A DNA stretch of 64,000 nucleotides, taken from Candidatus Latescibacterota bacterium (lineage in GTDB: Bacteria > Latescibacterota > UBA2968 > UBA8231). Positions 59,066 to 64,000 of the stretch are shown piece after piece. The notes beneath the pieces are model-generated. The model made no database searches, was not told where the DNA came from, and saw nothing but the letters and a program-made list of their open reading frames with translations. A program made the translations under genes and the position numbers. Position 1 is the first letter of the stretch. Each line of letters opens with the position of its first letter. The stretch spans positions 160,001 to 224,000 of the forward strand of contig CBDAOB010000005.1 of assembly GCA_965197905.1 (NCBI GenBank). The letters are read 5' to 3'.

Positions 59066-59731
59066 TTAGTTGCCGAGGAGGATCGCTGCATCGCCCTCCT
59101 CCCGTTGGATACAGAGCAACAGGTCTCCCTCGTCCACCAGAATTTCCACCGGGTCGGCGATCACTTCGTTAGATACGCCGTCCCGAAGGCCGTGGCCGAG
59201 AGCTTCGGAACACAGCGGAAACTTGAGCCCGCTGGTTGTTACACCCTCCACAGGTGCCGACAATGGCGACAGCGAGAGCTTCAGACCGAGCCGGGCGGAG
59301 AAGCGGATTTTATCTCGAATAAGCCGAATTTCGTTGTAGTCGTCCACAATGCGCAACTCCAACCGGGCAGCATAGGTTCTGAGCAACCCGAGGTTCCACA
59401 AGGTGTGGTCGGTACGACCGCCGGTCACGCCGGTAAGCACGGCTGTTTCGACCCTCAGCGCCAGGGCATGATTCAGAACCTTCTGCAGGTCGGTTCCGGT
59501 GTCGTCGGCATCGACGCGAATCAGGCGGACCGGGGAAACGCGCTCCACGACCTCCGGCTTCACTGAATCGAGATCCCCCACCACGAAGTCGGGGATTCGA
59601 CCGCAAGCTACGGCGTAATTCGCACCCCCGTCGGCGCACAACAGCAGGGTATTCTCGGCCGCCAGGCGCAGGAACAGCTGCTTCGATGGAGGAGGTCCGT
59701 TGCCGACGATGAGGGCGGTTGGCTGGCTCAC
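59066..59731 (-). CDS. thiN: Thiamine diphosphokinase
   Basis: CADGGAN, VVGDLDS, TDLQK, GGRTDH, GLKFPL, GVSN. Confidence 0.92.
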   Translation of the reverse strand: MSQPTALIVGNGPPPSKQLFLRLAAENTLLLCADGGANYAVACGRIPDFVVGDLDSVKPEVVERVSPVRLIRVDADDTGTDLQKVLNHALALRVETAVLTGVTGGRTDHTLWNLGLLRTYAARLELRIVDDYNEIRLIRDKIRFSARLGLKLSLSPLSAPVEGVTTSGLKFPLCSEALGHGLRDGVSNEVIADPVEILVDEGDLLLCIQREEGDAAILLGN

Positions 59732-62064
59732 AGACTGACCCGAAGCGAGAGGAGGAAGTTGCGCTCTGCCGCCGGGATCCAGGTCGGCGTTCCAAAGAAT
59801 AGACCGCCCCAGTTTTCGTATTTGGCATTCAACAGGTTGTTGATTTCGAAGCTGGGTTCGATAACCCTGGCGTCCAGCCGGTGCTGAAGGCGGTATGAGG
59901 TCCTCAGGTTCAGGGTCGAGTAGGCGTCCACCTCGTTTGCGGCACTGTTCTGCAGGTCGAAATAGTAGCTGCCCACGTGGCGCAGGCGCGCTGAAATCCA
60001 GAACCCATGAGCGGAATAGGAGACCCGCAGGTTGGCGAGACGGTTAGGGAAGTTAGGGATTTCGTTTCCCTGCAGGCGGCGCTCCGAAAAGCGCTCGAGG
60101 GTGTTGTCGCTGAAGGCCACGTCGCCGCTAACGGTTACGCGCTCTGTCGGTCTGACGGTGGCGGACAGCTCGATACCTTGATGGGTGGAACGCCCGGCAT
60201 TTCGGTGTTCGAAGCCACCGGTGTTGAGCACCGTGCCGGTCGCGACGATCTCGTCGTCGAAGTCCATGCGGTAGAGGTTGGCTTTGGCCAGAAGCCATGG
60301 TTTCACGTATCCCGCTCCGAGCTCCCAGTTGTTCAGCTTCTCCGCGTCCAATCGCGGATCGCTCAGCGTGTTGTTCGTGGAGTCGTATTTCAAGAATCCC
60401 TGGCGCCGATCCGGGTCGCCAAAAAAGAAGGCGGGATCGAAGATGTTGGTCAACGCCGGTTCACGTCGACCCATCGAAAAGCTGCCGAACAGGTTCATCT
60501 CATCGGTAAGATTGTAGTTGGCTCCCACACGGGGCATGAAGAAGAGATAGTCGAAGTTGCTGATCTCTTCTGCCGCTACTATGCGATCGTCGCCGATCTC
60601 GAAGAAGTGTCCCAACAAGCTGAGATCGGCGTTCAGGCTCAACCGATCGCTGACGCGGTATACCTCCTTGGCGAACAGGCCGGCGGTGATTTTGTCGGCG
60701 TCGTAGTCATAGAGCCGCGGCGAACGCACCGAGCCATCTTCGCTCCCGGCGACTGTCGCCGATCCCAGGACCTCCCCCCAATGGCGGGTGGAATTGGTCC
60801 GCAGCTCGCCACCCGCGGTCAAGGAGCCTCCCTGATGATCCCAGGCCACTCGCGGCAGCCATCCGTAGTGGGAGATATCGAGGTGGTCCAGGCGCACGTG
60901 GTCGGGATTGCTGAAGTCCTGATCCTTGAAGAAACCGTCACCCTTGATGTAATAGAATGTGTTGGTGAGCAGGAGTTGATCCGACGCTTTCCAGGTGTGC
61001 CTCAACTGATAGTGGGGTTGGGTGAAATCGTCCTTTGCTTCTTCGTAGGGGCTGAACGGATTGGCGCGCCGATTCGCTGCCAGCTGCTCCTTCGTGGCGC
61101 CGAAGAAAGCGAAGTGGGTCTTTTCGTTGCCGCCGAAGAAGTCGAAACGCAAGGTGCTGTCGCGGCCGTGACGGACCGCCCCAAAATAGTACGAGCGGAG
61201 ATCGGACCAGGATTGGTCCCGGTAACCATCGCTGGTTACCCGGGATAGACGTGCGTACATCTGGTAGCGCTCACCCACCCATCCCGAATTGAACTCAGCG
61301 GAAAATTTTCTCGTGTCGTAGCTGCCCAAAACGCTGGAGACGGAAATCCCCGCGACCTGATTGAAGGTGCCGGTGACTAGGTTTACCGATCCGCCGATTG
61401 CGGAGGCACCGTAGACCGAGCTGCCGACTCCCCGCTGCACCTGGATGTCCTCCACCGATTCCATCAGGTCGGGCATGTTCACCCAGTAGACCTGGTGGGT
61501 CTCCGGATCGTTCAGCGGCACGCCGTTGATCATCACCGCGATTCGCTCCTGTTGGAAGCCGCGTATGCTCAGATAGGAGTAGCCAATGCCGTTCCCCGCC
61601 AGCGACCAGGTGTGCACATTGGGGACCTCGCTCAGCATCGTGGGCACGTCAGCCGTCGTCAGCGTACGCTCTATGTGGCCGCGATCGATGTTGGTGAAGG
61701 CGACGGGGGTCTCGCGTTCCCGTGCCCGGGTCGCCAGCACCGTCACCGTCTTCGTTTGCAACACGGTCGGGGTGAGGACTATGTCGACCGGGGTAGCGAT
61801 GTCCGAAACAGCAATCCGTTTTTGCGGCAGGTAGCCGATGCGGCTCGCGCTGAGCTGGTAGTCGCCCGGGGTGAGACTCTCGATCCGGTACTCGCCGTTG
61901 GCATCGGAGATGGCACCATGAGCGGTGTCCTCGATGCGAAGGTTCACCCCTTCCAGGGGTTGGCCGCTACGGGCATCGACGACGCGGCCGGAGAGGGTGT
62001 GCTGGGCGTCGGCTGTCTGAACGAATACGGCAACAAGCAAAGTTAGAGTGACGAGCGCGTGCAT
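59728..62064 (-). CDS. TonB-dependent receptor, putative thiamine uptake
   Basis: Signal peptide, plug GNGIGYSYLSIRG..INGVPLND..VYWVN, RGVGSS; downstream of a TPP riboswitch. Confidence 0.9.
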   Translation of the reverse strand: MHALVTLTLLVAVFVQTADAQHTLSGRVVDARSGQPLEGVNLRIEDTAHGAISDANGEYRIESLTPGDYQLSASRIGYLPQKRIAVSDIATPVDIVLTPTVLQTKTVTVLATRARERETPVAFTNIDRGHIERTLTTADVPTMLSEVPNVHTWSLAGNGIGYSYLSIRGFQQERIAVMINGVPLNDPETHQVYWVNMPDLMESVEDIQVQRGVGSSVYGASAIGGSVNLVTGTFNQVAGISVSSVLGSYDTRKFSAEFNSGWVGERYQMYARLSRVTSDGYRDQSWSDLRSYYFGAVRHGRDSTLRFDFFGGNEKTHFAFFGATKEQLAANRRANPFSPYEEAKDDFTQPHYQLRHTWKASDQLLLTNTFYYIKGDGFFKDQDFSNPDHVRLDHLDISHYGWLPRVAWDHQGGSLTAGGELRTNSTRHWGEVLGSATVAGSEDGSVRSPRLYDYDADKITAGLFAKEVYRVSDRLSLNADLSLLGHFFEIGDDRIVAAEEISNFDYLFFMPRVGANYNLTDEMNLFGSFSMGRREPALTNIFDPAFFFGDPDRRQGFLKYDSTNNTLSDPRLDAEKLNNWELGAGYVKPWLLAKANLYRMDFDDEIVATGTVLNTGGFEHRNAGRSTHQGIELSATVRPTERVTVSGDVAFSDNTLERFSERRLQGNEIPNFPNRLANLRVSYSAHGFWISARLRHVGSYYFDLQNSAANEVDAYSTLNLRTSYRLQHRLDARVIEPSFEINNLLNAKYENWGGLFFGTPTWIPAAERNFLLSLRVSL

Positions 62065-62077
62065 TCGAAGCTCCATC

Positions 62078-62112
62078 AAAAAAGCCGTTTCCTCGGCTGA
62101 GAGAAAACGGCT
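62078..62112 (-). terminator. Riboswitch expression-platform terminator
   Basis: AGCCGTTT-TCTC-TCAGCC-GAGG-AAACGGCT followed by a T run. Confidence 0.85.
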
Positions 62113-62137
62113 CCACGAACAACGCTTGTTGCGGATT

Positions 62138-62218
62138 CCGTTTTCCCTACGCTGGCATGATCCAGTTCAGGTTCGAAGGGTTTGTTCTCTCAGGCTCTTA
62201 ACGAGCCGCCCCTAACGG
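62138..62218 (-). ncRNA. TPP riboswitch
   Basis: AGGGGCGG...CTGAGA...ACCCTTCGAACCTGAACTGGATCATGCCAGCGTAGGGAA consensus; P1 CCGTT/AACGG. Confidence 0.95.
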
Positions 62219-62282
62219 ATACCAATCTTCAGGAATATAGCGTGCTCAGGACGGCGAGGCAACGGCTGGGGAGGTCGCGGGA

Positions 62283-62870
62283 TCAAAGCGTGAAGAGGAG
62301 CAGGGCGAAAAGCGCGACCCAAACCACGTCAAGGAAGTGCCAGTAGATGGCGCACAGGTGTATGGAGGGCTGAAGGTGGCGACCGACGCCGCTACGCCAG
62401 GTGCTGGCAAACAGCCATCCCAGGGGCAGCATACCCCCCAGCACATGGGCGGCGTGGATGCCGATCACGGCGAAGCTTATGCCGTAGAGGTTGAACGAGT
62501 GTTGGGCGAGGGATGCCCTGTGGATGCCGAGGAACGCCACGAGGGACGGGGTCTGAATGCCGACAAAGAGAACGCTCAACACGAAGGTGGCTCCCAAATA
62601 GCGCCGCAACCAAGCATTCTCGTTGTTGCGCGCATGGCGGTTGGCCTGATGGATCGTCCAGCCGGAGGCGAGCAGCACCGCGGTGGAGACCCACAGGCCG
62701 CTGGGTAGTGCGATCTCCTCAGCTGGCTCAGGGACGTGGACCTGTGCCCGAATGATCAGGTAGCCGACCACGCCGGCGATGAACAGGACGCTCAGGGAGG
62801 CGAGGAACAGCCCCATGCCGAAGCGAACCATCGGGTTGAGGCCGGGAAGCTGTTGCGGAGACGATTCCAA
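62283..62870 (-). CDS. Heme-copper oxidase subunit III family protein (short form)
   Basis: GMGLFLASLSVLF, GIHAAHVLGG, YWHFLDVVW. Confidence 0.85.
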   Translation of the reverse strand: MESSPQQLPGLNPMVRFGMGLFLASLSVLFIAGVVGYLIIRAQVHVPEPAEEIALPSGLWVSTAVLLASGWTIHQANRHARNNENAWLRRYLGATFVLSVLFVGIQTPSLVAFLGIHRASLAQHSFNLYGISFAVIGIHAAHVLGGMLPLGWLFASTWRSGVGRHLQPSIHLCAIYWHFLDVVWVALFALLLFTL

Positions 62871-62880
62871 CGCGGGTTTC

Positions 62881-64000
62881 CTAGGTCATGAACTCGGCGT
62901 GGACGGCGGCGAACTGCTCCAGTGCAAAATCCAGGTCGTCACGGGTGTGGGCGGCGGAGATCTGCACGCGAATGCGCGCCTGGCCCTGGGGAACCACCGG
63001 ATAAAAGAAACCTATGACGTAGACCCCCAGCTCCAGCAACCGAGCCGACATCTCTTGCGACAGAGCGGCGTCACCGAGCATGATCGGTACGATCGGATGG
63101 CTGCCCCGTTTGATCTCGAAGCCGATCTGGGCGATCCGCTCGCGAAAATGTCGAGTATTCTGGTGCAACTTTTCGCGCAGGTCGCCAGACGAGCGGATGA
63201 GGTCCAGCGCCTTTATGGAGGCGGCGACGATGCTGGGGGCGACCGTGTTGGAAAAGAGGTATGGGCGCGACCGCTGCCGCAAGAGGTCGATGATCGGCTG
63301 CCGTCCGCTGCTGTAGCCGCCGCTGGCGCCACCGAGCGCTTTTCCCAACGTGCCGGTTATCAGGTCGATGCGCTCCACGACATCGCAGTATTCGTGAGTG
63401 CCGCGTCCGCCCGCTCCCATAAATCCCACCGCGTGCGAATCGTCGATCATGACCAGAGCGTCGTGTTTGTCCGCCAGGTCACAGATCTCATCCAGCTTGG
63501 CGATGAATCCATCCATGGAAAAAACGCCGTCGGTGGCGATGAGCCGGTTGCGGCAGCCGGCGGCTTCTTCCAGCTTGTGCGCCAGGTCGGACATATTGCT
63601 GTTCTTGTAACGCAGCCGCTTTGCTTTGCACAGACGAATACCGTCGATAATGCTGGCGTGGTTGAGCTCGTCGCTGATGACGGCATCCTCCTCGCCCAGC
63701 AGGGTTTCGAAGAGCCCGCCGTTGGCGTCGAAACAGGAGGTGTAGAGGATCGTGTCCTCGGTGCCGAGGAAGGCGGACAGCTGCTGCTCCAGCTCCTTGT
63801 GCACCTCTTGAGTACCGCAGATGAATCGCACCGAAGACAATCCGTATCCCCAGCGGTCGAGCCCCTCTTTGGCGGCGGCGACGATTTCGGGGTGGTCTGC
63901 CAGGCCCAGGTAGTTGTTGGCGCACATGTTGAGGACCGACTGCCCGCCCTGCACTTCGATGCGCGCGCGTTGGTGCGAAGTCATCACCCGCTCGGTCTTG
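62881..64000 (-). CDS. kbl: Glycine C-acetyltransferase (2-amino-3-ketobutyrate CoA ligase), 5' end outside window
   Basis: [49 protein letters not shown]. Confidence 0.95.
   Translation of the reverse strand, partial: KTERVMTSHQRARIEVQGGQSVLNMCANNYLGLADHPEIVAAAKEGLDRWGYGLSSVRFICGTQEVHKELEQQLSAFLGTEDTILYTSCFDANGGLFETLLGEEDAVISDELNHASIIDGIRLCKAKRLRYKNSNMSDLAHKLEEAAGCRNRLIATDGVFSMDGFIAKLDEICDLADKHDALVMIDDSHAVGFMGAGGRGTHEYCDVVERIDLITGTLGKALGGASGGYSSGRQPIIDLLRQRSRPYLFSNTVAPSIVAASIKALDLIRSSGDLREKLHQNTRHFRERIAQIGFEIKRGSHPIVPIMLGDAALSQEMSARLLELGVYVIGFFYPVVPQGQARIRVQISAAHTRDDLDFALEQFAAVHAEFMT

Overview
64 kb of GC-rich bacterial chromosome. The gene content suggests a diderm, probably uncultured lineage such as Candidatus Latescibacterota or a relative; this is inference, not a marker-gene call. 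The left ~43 kb is accessory-like. It holds PAS/GAF histidine kinases with two flavin-binding split-barrel genes, an ECF sigma/anti-sigma operon, two paralogous tiny HTH genes with structured leaders, several 2OG/Fe(II) dioxygenases, propeller/TIM-barrel glycoside hydrolase-like genes, two Reg_prop hybrid kinases flanking a phytase plus a frameshifted TonB receptor, and many decayed gene remnants. It ends at tRNA-Phe with RHH and excisionase-like remnants. The right ~20 kb is more core-like: murA, a MazG-like gene, SDRs, a HAMP kinase, a circularly permuted TrxB-like/polyferredoxin membrane oxidoreductase, an intact archaeal-type topoisomerase VI operon (top6B-top6A), a TPP riboswitch-controlled TonB receptor-thiN operon, a cox3-like gene and kbl. 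No CRISPR array, rRNA or intact mobile element was seen. The best candidates for undescribed biology are the PNPOx-PNPOx-GAF kinase module, the permuted oxidoreductase operon, the duplicated leader plus small HTH units, and an orphan structured RNA near 20.6 kb.
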